Shown: piece by piece, positions 20,101-28,360 of the stretch
How positions within the stretch are numbered: position 1 is the stretch's first letter
Layout: every line of letters starts with the position of its first letter
NCBI GenBank assembly: GCA_018693315.1
Contig: JABHLR010000004.1
Coordinates: 34,138 to 98,137, forward strand
Length of the DNA stretch: 64,000 nucleotides
Direction: 5' to 3'
Origin: an archaeon
Lineage (GTDB): Archaea; Nanobdellota; Nanobdellia; Pacearchaeales; GW2011-AR1
Position numbers and translations under genes: made by a program
Notes under the pieces: generated by a model
The model's database searches: none
What the model saw: the letters and a program-made list of their open reading frames with translations, nothing else
What the model was told of the DNA's origin: nothing

Positions 20101-20310
20101 ACATATATAAGGTTCAAACCCAAAAATCAACTTAACCCCAGCTTTCTTCGCCAACTCATATTTCTTAATCACCGCGCCCATATTCCCATGATCCGTAATA
20201 GCAACAGCATCCTGACCCATCTCCTTCACCCTATCAAACAACTCCGAAATCTTAGTCGCACCATCCAACAAAGAATACTCCGAATGTAAATGCAAATGAA
20301 CAAATCCCAT
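17140..20310 (-). CDS. dnaE: DNA polymerase III alpha subunit (bacterial C-family replicase, DnaE-type)
   Basis: PHP motif HLHLHSEYSLLDG, palm motif SLPDLDIDF, GTFGTMKAKAVLKDV, and a C-terminal OB-like region (VFGLVKRVSNIVTKNGDDMAFMDIGSRDGDLKVTVFP). Start set to ATG 20310 (MGFVHLH), which is 22 nt after a phased TATA box. The track ORF starts at TTG 20325. Confidence 0.9.
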   Translation of the reverse strand: MGFVHLHLHSEYSLLDGATKISELFDRVKEMGQDAVAITDHGNMGAVIKKYELAKKAGVKLIFGFEPYICNDIKEKNKDDRNYHLILLAKDLEGYKNLVRLVSIANGEGFYYRARLDKETLRKYSKGLICMSACIGNDVAQAVINDDEERARKLIEEYVDIFGKENYYLEVQDHGIPEEAKVIDFYKRVGSEMGLKIVATCDSHFLKEEDAYSHEVLLAIQTNGDMANENRFKFDGSGYWVKSEEEMKNTFPDNPEFVDLSTEIAERCNVELDMSETIFPHFDTPDDMSHKDYLYQLCKAGLDERYKGKSSYDDAIERMNFELKVIGNMGFETYFLIVWDFMKEAKRLNVERAVRGSGAGSIVAYSLGISQLDPLALDLLFERFLNPDRISLPDLDIDFGDKGAIIDYVRKKYGEDKVAMIGTFGTMKAKAVLKDVMRVFRIPFDEANAITKLVTEKTIQKSLNARLRIENEDGTIKEGDLKDDAAKLQNFKRKHEKIFEVAERLEGCVRHKGVHACGVVWGREGISEYIPTYAKKGDVITQVEGGDVETYGLVKFDFLGVETLNVIKNVLNMIGKDGDWLENITMDDDAVYEMLREAKSIGVFQVESEGMRKTLRNVQPTCFDDIIAIVALYRPGPMQYLEVYANRKHGKDEASYPHEKVKKILAPTYGIMVYQEQVMLLARALAGFTRGDSDVLRKAIGKKKIDLMNKMEVQFKEGCVEHSGMDPVKVDKLWDDIVKFAEYSFNKSHAAAYALISYRTAYLKKYYPVEFFAATISSATRDPDKLAFYLESARQEGIKILHPDINTSGEDFGVVEVDGEKVIRVGLSGVKNVGGEAMVKIMEKRPYNSYQDFVNRVDLSKVNKRVCHSLISVGAFDELGINRASLLEVYDRVTPSVNSTERQKTLFGEGFADVVEYPDLPPMKMKDKLSLEEELLGVCVSGHATDAFAESKNGDFTPYSSLKDDMEAEVFGLVKRVSNIVTKNGDDMAFMDIGSRDGDLKVTVFPRDYNECLREAPVKEGDGIRISGKFKKNEEFGDAFIAKNIMVCKPVDDERE

Positions 20311-20329
20311 ACATAAAAAACTCAAAACC

Positions 20330-20339
20330 GCTTTAAATC
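20330..20339 (-). promoter_or_regulatory. TATA box of dnaE
   Basis: The minus strand reads GATTTAAAGC, ending about 21-22 nt before ATG 20310. This is the same phasing as about 18 other genes in the window. Confidence 0.5.
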
Positions 20340-20369
20340 TTTTATTGTAACCTAGACAATAGTAACGGC

Positions 20370-20750
20370 CTACAACACAACCCCATGTTCCCTAACTTCT
20401 TTATCGCCCATTTCTTCAAAAGAAAATCCATACAAATCCTTCTTGCCCATATAAGCAAAAACCTGCCTATCTATTAATTCCTCAAGCTCAACCCCCGCAG
20501 TCAATTCACCAACCCTAAAAACATAATCTATGTCCGCTCTATCAGGTATCGCCAAAACAGAATTATCGCCAGCATTCAAAAATTTCAAAACCAAAACATC
20601 TCCAGACCAACTTGCATCTTCAATTCTATTCCCAACAGAAAACGTTCCTGCGGGTGTATTTTCTGAAAGAAGTCCTGTCTCTATGTGGACATATTTAACC
20701 AATCCCTTATCGTCTCCAGAAATTCTCGCAGCACTCGTACTATCTCCCAT
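20370..20750 (-). CDS. hypothetical protein between PolD DP2 and DnaE
   Basis: 126 aa from ATG 20750. No recognisable motif. Its own minus-strand box (TTTTTAAATA, about 20772..20781) ends 22 nt before the ATG. Confidence 0.6.
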   Translation of the reverse strand: MGDSTSAARISGDDKGLVKYVHIETGLLSENTPAGTFSVGNRIEDASWSGDVLVLKFLNAGDNSVLAIPDRADIDYVFRVGELTAGVELEELIDRQVFAYMGKKDLYGFSFEEMGDKEVREHGVVL

Positions 20751-20784
20751 CAAAAATACTACAATCCACCCTATTTAAAAATTA

Positions 20785-23700
20785 TTATACTAAAGTAGTC
20801 TGCTCCTCACCCTTCCCAAAAATTCCCTCAATATATTCCTGCGTCAACTCCATCCCCTCCTTCGTATAGCTCGAAATATCATAATCCCTCATCAGCTCCA
20901 ACGCCGGCTCCAAATATTTCTTAATCGACCCCTCACTAATCGTAAAAATAATCTTACCCTCACACTTCGTACAACTCCCTTTCAATGGCGGCCGCCTAAA
21001 CTTCTCATTACACTTACTACACCTAAAACCCTGCCTCGCAAACTTCCTCAAATTCCCACGAATATCCCGAATAAAATGCCTCTCCAAAACCAACCTCGCA
21101 ACATCATCTTCATCAACCGCCCGAATCTTCCCGACCAACTCCATCTGTGCCGCAACCTTTTCCTTCATTGTCGGCAAAACCTTGTAAGCCCCATTCGTCT
21201 CGCCCAAATTAATATCACTCGTATCATGCGTAAAACCCGCCCCAACAAATGGCTCAAACTCACCACCCTTCAACCTATCTCTAACCAACTCAACCTTCGC
21301 TTCACTCGAATGCCGCCCCTCCTCGGCCATCTTATAAAACTCCAACGGATATTTATCACAAGTCTCGAAAAACAAAATCTGGTCATCAACCTCACCGGCC
21401 CTAATCCTCGCATTCAAAACCAATGGTGCATCCTGACTACCACCCCTATGACTCGGCAAAAACTTTCTAGAAAAATTCAACAACACATCCATCAACATCA
21501 TAACCGCAGCCTCATCCCCGTCACAATCCCTCCTCATCGCAGCATGCATATAAGGCGAAGCAACCAAACCCTGCATCTCACTAAAACCGATAATCCTACC
21601 AACAACTCCTGCACAATTATGCGGCGCCATACAAACAACCAAATGCCCAACCAAATCAGACTTATTCTTCAAATTATAATGCCGCGGCAACTTGTAAAAT
21701 CTCTCCAACTCCTCATCAATAAAATTCGCAATATTAAAAAACACATCATCAGCCTTCTCATCCTTAGTCTTAGAGCAACTCGGCATCACAACATCATGCG
21801 GCTTCAACTCCAAAACCTGATTCTCATTCACCAAATCTTTTCCATCAATATCCTTATTATAGCCCAACTCTTTCAACTTATCAACACTCGTACGAATCTC
21901 CTTAGGTTTAAAATGTGTCAACGGAATCTCAGTCCCATCATATCTCACAGTCCCATCCTTATTCACACTCAAATTAAACTTCGCCCTCAAAATTCCCTTC
22001 GCCAAATTCTCAACATCCTTCCCATCACTATTCAAATCACGCACACCCTTAACCATCGGCGGAACCTCATGCTCCTCATATCCCAACCTCTTAACAGCCA
22101 CATCAAAATATTTCCCAATCTCAATTTTCTTGTTCATATAATCAAAGGTCACATCATGCAATTTACAATCTCCACTCTTCACCTCACGACACCCTCGACA
22201 AAACTTAAACCTTTTAGGTTTTGCCCCACACTTTTCACAAGTCCGATAAACACCTTCGTTCCCACACTCACATTTATAGATGGGACTATCAACTTTGACA
22301 TAACCAGTCGACACCGCTTCCTGCACACTCCTCAACCGACCACCCTGATTCGAAACAGGAAACAAACTATTTGGGCTCCCGGTCAAAGCACGCAACTTCG
22401 CTTTCTCAGGTCGCCCCATCCTAGCCCCAACAAAACTTCCAGCCTTATCGCGAATCTCAAACTCACTCATCGAATTCACAATTTCCAAAACACTCCGCTC
22501 ATCAACCTCATCAACTTTCAAACTCAAAACTTCCCCATTATACATTTCCTTAATTCCCAAATTAACCAACAGTGCCTTCGCATCTCCATCAATCACAATA
22601 TTATCCAAAACAACATCATGCTCAACTCCCAAAATCTCCAAAGCTCTTTTTCCTTCTCCAAACTTCTCACGAACAGATTCCTCCCACGGCAAAACCAACT
22701 TCCCCTCTCGCCAAACCCCATTATTCAACCATTTCGACAACTCAAAAAAATCCTCATTAGAAATCTCTATCCAATAAAAAATAAACTTTGGATGCAACGC
22801 AACCCCCGTTTTCCTACTAATCTCAATCGCTCCGTCAATTCCAATCTCATTTTCCACGAGAAATGCGGGGTCAAGGACCCCGTGATTTTGCGTGGAATAA
22901 TCCTGAACCTCCAACCCCCAAATTTCCTCAACATAACCAGGCTTCAACAAATCCGCATTCCGATCGATCACATCGCCAACCGGAAACAACATATCACCCA
23001 AATAAATAATCTCCTCAGTATCTTTATACAAACTCTTGGCCTCATCAAAAGTTTTCAATTTCCTCACAGACCCATTCTTCAACTTAACAATCGGACCATC
23101 AATCGAATCACAAGAAGTAATAATACAACCTTTCGTCGGCCTCTCAATTTTCAACTGCGTCCCATGTGACAAAAACCCATTAGAAATTCCCATCGTCGCA
23201 GGATGAATAGAAACCGCACTAAAACCAGCAGTCCTCCCTCTACCGTATCTAAATCTAAACCCACCACTCCGAGACGGATGCCCATAAACCGGACGCCCCG
23301 CAACCAAATCCTTAATATAAGTCGCAACAGTATCATCACTCCCGACCTCCCTCTTCTTATGAACCTCCAAATAATCACTCAACCAATCAAACCCCGTACA
23401 CTTCAATCCATTATTTTTACAAGATCTCAAACGACCCAAAGCCTTTCCCGCCTTCTGTGCCAACCCCTCAGAAAAAGTCAAACACATCCCGCCACGAATC
23501 CGATTCGTCCCGACCCTCTTCAGGTCTTTATAATTCGAAACCTCCAATCTCTCAGTTGGATCCCCATCAATCTGAATCGGCAACCTCTCCGCCAAAAAAA
23601 CCATCTCTTCCTCCGTCGGAAAATACTGCAAATTCGTAACCCGCTCCTGATAATCCGTATTCTCCTGAACATAACGCTTAACCTCCTCCTCTGTCGGATC

Positions 23701-24246
23701 ATATTTCGCAAATCCAAAATGCTCCCGTAAATAATCAATCAGCATCAAACAAACACAAATCGAAGTCGTCCCAGCCGCACGAATCGGCCCACTAAAACTC
23801 GCAACAAAATAATCCTTGCCACCTTTAGTCTTCTCCAACTTCAATCCAGTATAACCCTCAATCGGACACGAAACAACACCAAGCGTAATATAAGCAAACC
23901 CAACACGAATCCCAGCATCAATCGCCTCCATCCTATCTTTAAACTTACAAAATTTCTCCTCAGCAATCTCACGCGCAATCACAAAACTCACAGTCGTATC
24001 CAACTGCCCATATTCAGATTCAAGTTCCAAAATCCTAGCCGTAATTTTTTCCACCGGCAACTTGGGGTACACCGTACTAATCAGAGCAACCGACTTCTCC
24101 GCCATCGTCATCGCCAACGGAATCTCAACACCATCAACAGGATCCAACCCCAAAGCTCTCGCAGACTTCGCAACATCATACTCCCTATCAACCCCAACTT
24201 TCAAATCTCCAAAATATTTCTCAACATCCCACTTATACATTCTCAC
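20785..24246 (-). CDS. polC: DNA polymerase II (PolD) large subunit DP2
   Basis: 1153 aa. The N-terminus YFGDLKVGVDREYDVAKSARALGLDP, C-terminal Zn-finger clusters (CECGNEGVYRTCEKCG; CSKCNEKFRRPPLKGSCTKCEG) and length fit DP2. 14-nt overlap with DP1. Confidence 0.9.
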   Translation of the reverse strand: MRMYKWDVEKYFGDLKVGVDREYDVAKSARALGLDPVDGVEIPLAMTMAEKSVALISTVYPKLPVEKITARILELESEYGQLDTTVSFVIAREIAEEKFCKFKDRMEAIDAGIRVGFAYITLGVVSCPIEGYTGLKLEKTKGGKDYFVASFSGPIRAAGTTSICVCLMLIDYLREHFGFAKYDPTEEEVKRYVQENTDYQERVTNLQYFPTEEEMVFLAERLPIQIDGDPTERLEVSNYKDLKRVGTNRIRGGMCLTFSEGLAQKAGKALGRLRSCKNNGLKCTGFDWLSDYLEVHKKREVGSDDTVATYIKDLVAGRPVYGHPSRSGGFRFRYGRGRTAGFSAVSIHPATMGISNGFLSHGTQLKIERPTKGCIITSCDSIDGPIVKLKNGSVRKLKTFDEAKSLYKDTEEIIYLGDMLFPVGDVIDRNADLLKPGYVEEIWGLEVQDYSTQNHGVLDPAFLVENEIGIDGAIEISRKTGVALHPKFIFYWIEISNEDFFELSKWLNNGVWREGKLVLPWEESVREKFGEGKRALEILGVEHDVVLDNIVIDGDAKALLVNLGIKEMYNGEVLSLKVDEVDERSVLEIVNSMSEFEIRDKAGSFVGARMGRPEKAKLRALTGSPNSLFPVSNQGGRLRSVQEAVSTGYVKVDSPIYKCECGNEGVYRTCEKCGAKPKRFKFCRGCREVKSGDCKLHDVTFDYMNKKIEIGKYFDVAVKRLGYEEHEVPPMVKGVRDLNSDGKDVENLAKGILRAKFNLSVNKDGTVRYDGTEIPLTHFKPKEIRTSVDKLKELGYNKDIDGKDLVNENQVLELKPHDVVMPSCSKTKDEKADDVFFNIANFIDEELERFYKLPRHYNLKNKSDLVGHLVVCMAPHNCAGVVGRIIGFSEMQGLVASPYMHAAMRRDCDGDEAAVMMLMDVLLNFSRKFLPSHRGGSQDAPLVLNARIRAGEVDDQILFFETCDKYPLEFYKMAEEGRHSSEAKVELVRDRLKGGEFEPFVGAGFTHDTSDINLGETNGAYKVLPTMKEKVAAQMELVGKIRAVDEDDVARLVLERHFIRDIRGNLRKFARQGFRCSKCNEKFRRPPLKGSCTKCEGKIIFTISEGSIKKYLEPALELMRDYDISSYTKEGMELTQEYIEGIFGKGEEQTTLV

Positions 24247-25768
24247 CCCTCCTCAAATCACAAACCAAATCATCACCCTCTTCCCACTTAACAGCATCCT
24301 CACTAAAATCAATTATCTTAACCTCACGTGTCTTCAAATTAAACAAAGGCACCTTACATGGATCAGGAATATTCCCAATCTTTTCCTCGAACGGCGTAAT
24401 CGACTGCCAACACGAACCAGCAACCAACAAAATATTATTATAACTATCAACCTCCGCCCGATGCTGATCTCCCGTCACAACAATATCCGGCACATCACCA
24501 ATAACTAAACCATCCTTCTCCTCACACGGCACATAATCCATCAACCCATGAGTCGGCGCAATATGTCTCCGCTTCAACATTTCCTTAACAACCCGAGTCG
24601 GATTCCCATGCCCAACACTCGTCCGAATATCACTCATCTCATCAATAAACCGATTAATACTCGCCCCATGATACATCAAAATCTTGAATCCATCAACATC
24701 AACCATAGAAGGATTCGTAACCAAACGCACATTTTCCATACGATGCAAACCCGGAGCCCATTTATCAGAAACGGTCCTCTGTGGCTCACCAACCCAAACC
24801 GCATCATGCTGCCCAGCACACATCACAATCTGCACATCACTCCGAATCTTCCGCAAAATCTCCTCCAACTTCCGATACTGCCCCCGACAACTCTTAATAT
24901 TCAAAAACCTCTCCTGCCCCGGATGATTCCCAATCCCATCAACACAATCCCCCGCCAAAAACAAATACTTCACCTTCCTCGCAATCGCCTTCTGCCTCTC
25001 GTCACCAACCTCGCCATTCAACCAATCAATAAACTTCAAAGCACTACTCTCCAAAAAATTCTTCGACCCAACATGAAAATCCCCACTAAACGCGACATAC
25101 TCATCCGCATCCCCAAATCTCTCGCTCTCCAACTTCGCATCAGGAAAAATAATCTCATTCGCAAACAACATATCACTCGAACCCGAAACACGAAAAACAA
25201 CAATATCATCCAACATCAAATTCCTCGCCTCCTCAAACAAAACCCTATTCTCCTTATTTACAAGCACAATCGAATTCCCAGTCAAATCCTCAACCTCCAA
25301 AAGCAAATTTTTATTCTTCGTAATCCTCTTAGATGTCACCATCGCAATAATCGAATAAACCCCACTATTAACCCCAATCCGACGAATCGAACTCAGATTA
25401 CCTGCTTGCAGGTTCTTGTGCTGCGAAGCAGTATCAAAATTACTAATAAAAATCTCCCGAATCGCCTCATACCTCGCACGAAAATGCCGAACAAAATCAC
25501 CAACCTCAACTTTCCCAGATTTAAACTTAATATCCGACAACAGCTTCACATCCCCACTCTTCACAACCTCAACCTTCCCAAAATATTTCCCAAACTTATC
25601 AGGATGCTCATCAAAAATCTTCCTCGTCACAACCCTAACGCCAACTCCATCCAAAATCCCAACAACCTCCAAAGCAACATCCTCACCCAAGCCACTCAAC
25701 ATCCCAAATACCTCTTTATCCAAAAGAAGACCCTTCTTCATACACTCCTCCAATATCAAATTCACCAT
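24233..25768 (-). CDS. polB: DNA polymerase II (PolD) small subunit DP1
   Basis: 511 aa. Calcineurin/Mre11-like phosphoesterase motifs (FSGDFHVGS, LFLAGDCVDGIG, VTGDQH) plus an OB region. Sits directly upstream of DP2. Confidence 0.9.
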   Translation of the reverse strand: MVNLILEECMKKGLLLDKEVFGMLSGLGEDVALEVVGILDGVGVRVVTRKIFDEHPDKFGKYFGKVEVVKSGDVKLLSDIKFKSGKVEVGDFVRHFRARYEAIREIFISNFDTASQHKNLQAGNLSSIRRIGVNSGVYSIIAMVTSKRITKNKNLLLEVEDLTGNSIVLVNKENRVLFEEARNLMLDDIVVFRVSGSSDMLFANEIIFPDAKLESERFGDADEYVAFSGDFHVGSKNFLESSALKFIDWLNGEVGDERQKAIARKVKYLFLAGDCVDGIGNHPGQERFLNIKSCRGQYRKLEEILRKIRSDVQIVMCAGQHDAVWVGEPQRTVSDKWAPGLHRMENVRLVTNPSMVDVDGFKILMYHGASINRFIDEMSDIRTSVGHGNPTRVVKEMLKRRHIAPTHGLMDYVPCEEKDGLVIGDVPDIVVTGDQHRAEVDSYNNILLVAGSCWQSITPFEEKIGNIPDPCKVPLFNLKTREVKIIDFSEDAVKWEEGDDLVCDLRRGENV

Positions 25769-25849
25769 CTTACAACCGAGAGATCTACAGACTTATGAGC
25801 CTTGCCCTCCATCACAAAAAACCAATACCCCTTTATAAGAATTTATATC

Positions 25850-27076
25850 CTAAATCCCCAAACTATCAACCAAAATAGCCTCAACCTTATCAAACAAATT
25901 AGTAGGAACCGACAACCTAATCTCCCGAGTCCGACCATGCCGCCCCTTAGAAATCACCTTAGCATTTATCAAACCCAACATATCAATCTCAGCCAAAATA
26001 TCAGAAATCCTCCTCTGAGTTAAAGCATCCGTCTTCGTCCGATCACAAACATCCTGATAATAATTATAAACATCCCCTGTATAAAACCGCTCCTTACTAT
26101 CCTTAGCCGCCTTCGTCAATTCCATAATCGAATACAAAACCAACTTAAACTGCTTCGGCTCACCCTCAACAATATCCAAAATCTTATCCCGCTCCATCTT
26201 CAAATTCGCCAAATCAATATAATCCTCCCCAATCGCCTTCTCCCCATCCCTCTCCGACAGCTCCGCAGCAATCCTCAACAAATCCAAAGCCCTCCTCGCA
26301 TCCCCATGCTCCCGAGCCGCATAAGCCGCACACTTCGCAATCACCCCGTCAGCAACAACATCCTCCTTAAACGCCGCCTCACACCTCTCATTCAAAATAT
26401 CCTGCAACTGAATCGCATTATAAGGATGAAAAACAAACTCCTCCTCCCCAAGAGAACTCCGAACCCTCGGATCAATATTCTCCAAGAAAGTAACCTCATT
26501 AGAAATCCCAATCAACGAAATCTGCGCCTGACTCAACTCCTGATTCAACCGAGTAAACGAATATAAAAAGTTACTATCCATTTTCTTAATCATTTGATCA
26601 ACCTCATCAAAAACAAAAACAATCAACTGCTTCTTAGAATCAACCAACTCAATAAACTTCGCCCAAACCTGATCAGTCGGCAAACCCGTCGATGGAATCT
26701 CCCCACCAAGCTGCCGAATCAAAGCCGCCAAAACCCTATACTCCGTATCCGCAACCTTCTTCAACTTACAATTCAAATATTCAAACTTCACATCAACACC
26801 AAGTTCCTTAGATTTCTTCAAAATCTCATCACTAACATACTGCACCGACAAAGTCTTCCCAGTCCCAGTCTTCCCATAAACAAACAAATTACTCGGCCTC
26901 TCACCCCTCAAAGTCGATGCCAAAATCGAAGCAATCGACTTAATCTGCTCATCTCTATGAGGAATCGAATCCGGAGTATGCCGAACCTGCAAAACCCCTT
27001 TATTCTTAAAAAGACTATTATTCACCGCCGAATTAAAAATCTCGCCCAATTCAACTCCCATTTCCAATATCACCAA
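25850..27076 (-). CDS. cdc6: Orc1/Cdc6 replication initiator
   Basis: Walker A VYGKTGTGKT, Walker B VFVFDEVD, and a C-terminal winged helix. Start is uncertain: TTG 27076, GTG 27073 or ATG 27061. Confidence 0.9.
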   Translation of the reverse strand: MVILEMGVELGEIFNSAVNNSLFKNKGVLQVRHTPDSIPHRDEQIKSIASILASTLRGERPSNLFVYGKTGTGKTLSVQYVSDEILKKSKELGVDVKFEYLNCKLKKVADTEYRVLAALIRQLGGEIPSTGLPTDQVWAKFIELVDSKKQLIVFVFDEVDQMIKKMDSNFLYSFTRLNQELSQAQISLIGISNEVTFLENIDPRVRSSLGEEEFVFHPYNAIQLQDILNERCEAAFKEDVVADGVIAKCAAYAAREHGDARRALDLLRIAAELSERDGEKAIGEDYIDLANLKMERDKILDIVEGEPKQFKLVLYSIMELTKAAKDSKERFYTGDVYNYYQDVCDRTKTDALTQRRISDILAEIDMLGLINAKVISKGRHGRTREIRLSVPTNLFDKVEAILVDSLGI

Positions 27077-27146
27077 ATTTCATAAAACAATCAACTTTCA
27101 AAACTATTTAAACTTTCATATACTCGAAAATATATTCTGACACCTC

Positions 27147-27466
27147 CATTTCCTATAGAACTTTATAATAATAACACTCTTCTCTAATTAATTAAATTTT
27201 AGTAAATCTCCGTCGACAAACCCCTTTTCCACAGGAAACCCTCCCCCTCCCCTATTTCCACTCCAAGAGAAATCAATCTCAAAAGAATTCTAAAAAAGAA
27301 TCACCTCATTCCTATTATACACTACAATACATACTATTACAACATATATAATACAATATATACATTATAATATATATAATATATAATATAAATACTTATA
27401 AATGAAAATTAAAAACCTCAAACCCAAATCTTCCCAAAACCCTTAAAAAACTTTCCATAAGAAACC
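27147..27466. other. candidate replication origin (ORB-like boxes flanking a G-free AT-rich unwinding element)
   Basis: TTTTCCACAGGAAACC (27225..27240), CTTTCCATAAGAAACC (27451..27466) and CATTTCCTATAGAAC (27147..27161) flank a G-free stretch of about 100 nt (27301..27403) rich in TATA/ATAA. The position directly upstream of cdc6-DP1-DP2 matches the Pyrococcus-type replication island. Confidence 0.5.
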
Positions 27467-27584
27467 ATAGGGTCACACCCAAAATCACAAAAAAAGGTAA
27501 TAAAGTTCGCACAATCCAGACAACATAATTAACAAACAATTCCCCTCTTCACTACTAAAAATCAATAAAAATCCCAAAGAAAGA

Positions 27585-27592
27585 TTTATAAA
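27585..27592 (+). promoter_or_regulatory. TATA box (TTTATAAA) of the PRC-barrel gene
   Basis: Ends 22 nt before ATG 27614. Confidence 0.5.
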
Positions 27593-27613
27593 CATTTCAT
27601 ATCTAAACATACC

Positions 27614-27868
27614 ATGGATAAAAAACCTTTCAAAGCTCTTCTAGGAAAACAAATAGTTACCAAAGAAGGAAAGAAACTCGGCGTCGTTAAAGACATAACT
27701 TTCGAAGCAAGAACAGGAGAATTAATCCACATTGTTCTACGAGATCTAACAACATACACTGCAAATTTATCCCTAGAAAGAACAAAAGACAGGGAGGCAC
27801 TAATTCCTTATAACGCAGTAATCGCCGTCGGCGACTTCATAGTAGTTTCAGAAGAAGATCTACTATAA
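27614..27868 (+). CDS. PRC-barrel domain protein
   Basis: 84 aa. LLGKQIVTKEGKKLGVVKDITFEARTGELIHIVL matches the PRC-barrel pattern. Confidence 0.7.
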   Translation: MDKKPFKALLGKQIVTKEGKKLGVVKDITFEARTGELIHIVLRDLTTYTANLSLERTKDREALIPYNAVIAVGDFIVVSEEDLL

Positions 27869-27902
27869 CAAACCTTATAAACCACTTTTATCAAAACTTA
27901 AC

Positions 27903-28307
27903 ATGACAAACCTAAAATTAGCAGGATCACGATTCACAAAAATCGACGCAGAAAGAAACGATGATTTTAGCGGCAAGCTAGAAATGACAACAAATATCAA
28001 AATAACTTCTATAGAAAAAATTAAAGAAACAAAAGATTCAATAAAATTAAAATATGTTTTCGCAGTAGACTACAAAGAATTAGGAAAAATCACAGTTGGC
28101 GGAATATTATTTCTATCAGGGGATTCAAAAACAATTAAAGAGATACTAAAATCACACAAAGATAAAAAATACGAAACCCCAGAATACATATCAATAACAA
28201 ACGTAATTATTCAAAAAGCATCAATCAAAGCTTTCGAAATCGAAGAGGAATTATCCCTTCCTATTCATATAAAGCTTCCAGCCCTCTCGATGAAAAAAGA
28301 TAACTAA
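27903..28307 (+). CDS. hypothetical protein
   Basis: 134 aa. CTTATAAA box 22 nt before the ATG. No motif recognised. Confidence 0.55.
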   Translation: MTNLKLAGSRFTKIDAERNDDFSGKLEMTTNIKITSIEKIKETKDSIKLKYVFAVDYKELGKITVGGILFLSGDSKTIKEILKSHKDKKYETPEYISITNVIIQKASIKAFEIEEELSLPIHIKLPALSMKKDN

Positions 28308-28335
28308 TTAAACGAAGTTCTTCATTAATTTTCAA

Positions 28336-28360
28336 GCCCATATCACATAACAGTATTGCC
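28336..28360 (+). pseudogene. decayed copy of the tRNA-Ser 5' acceptor/D-arm segment
   Basis: gcccatatcacataacagtattgcc versus tRNA gcctgtatcgcataacggtattgca: 20/25 identical. Differences are G>A (x3), T>C (x1) and one A/C at the 3' end. Confidence 0.5.

Noticed and set aside
17140-20310. dnaE as bacterial contamination or a binning/assembly chimera.
   Set aside because: It has the same extreme strand composition as flanking archaeal genes and the same phased TATA promoter architecture. It is flanked on both sides by archaeal-type genes within one contiguous sequence. Read-level confirmation is still needed.
21076-23169. 697-aa + strand ORF antisense to PolD DP2. Similar long antisense ORFs occur at 24548..25798, 17089..17766, 18064..18912, 19699..20289, 2118..2930, 37445..38431 and 46187..46924.
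   Set aside because: All lie opposite genes with clear family motifs and have low-complexity N/I/P/T/L/R/Q/H-rich translations with no recognisable domain. The G-poor + strand makes TAG/TGA rare, so long spurious frames are expected.
27081-27113. A TATA box (27105..27112, minus strand) phased to ATG 27083, giving a 10-codon upstream ORF before cdc6.
   Set aside because: The ATG is out of frame with cdc6 and the mini-ORF has no support. It more likely just marks a transcription start, with a short leader to the cdc6 start codon.
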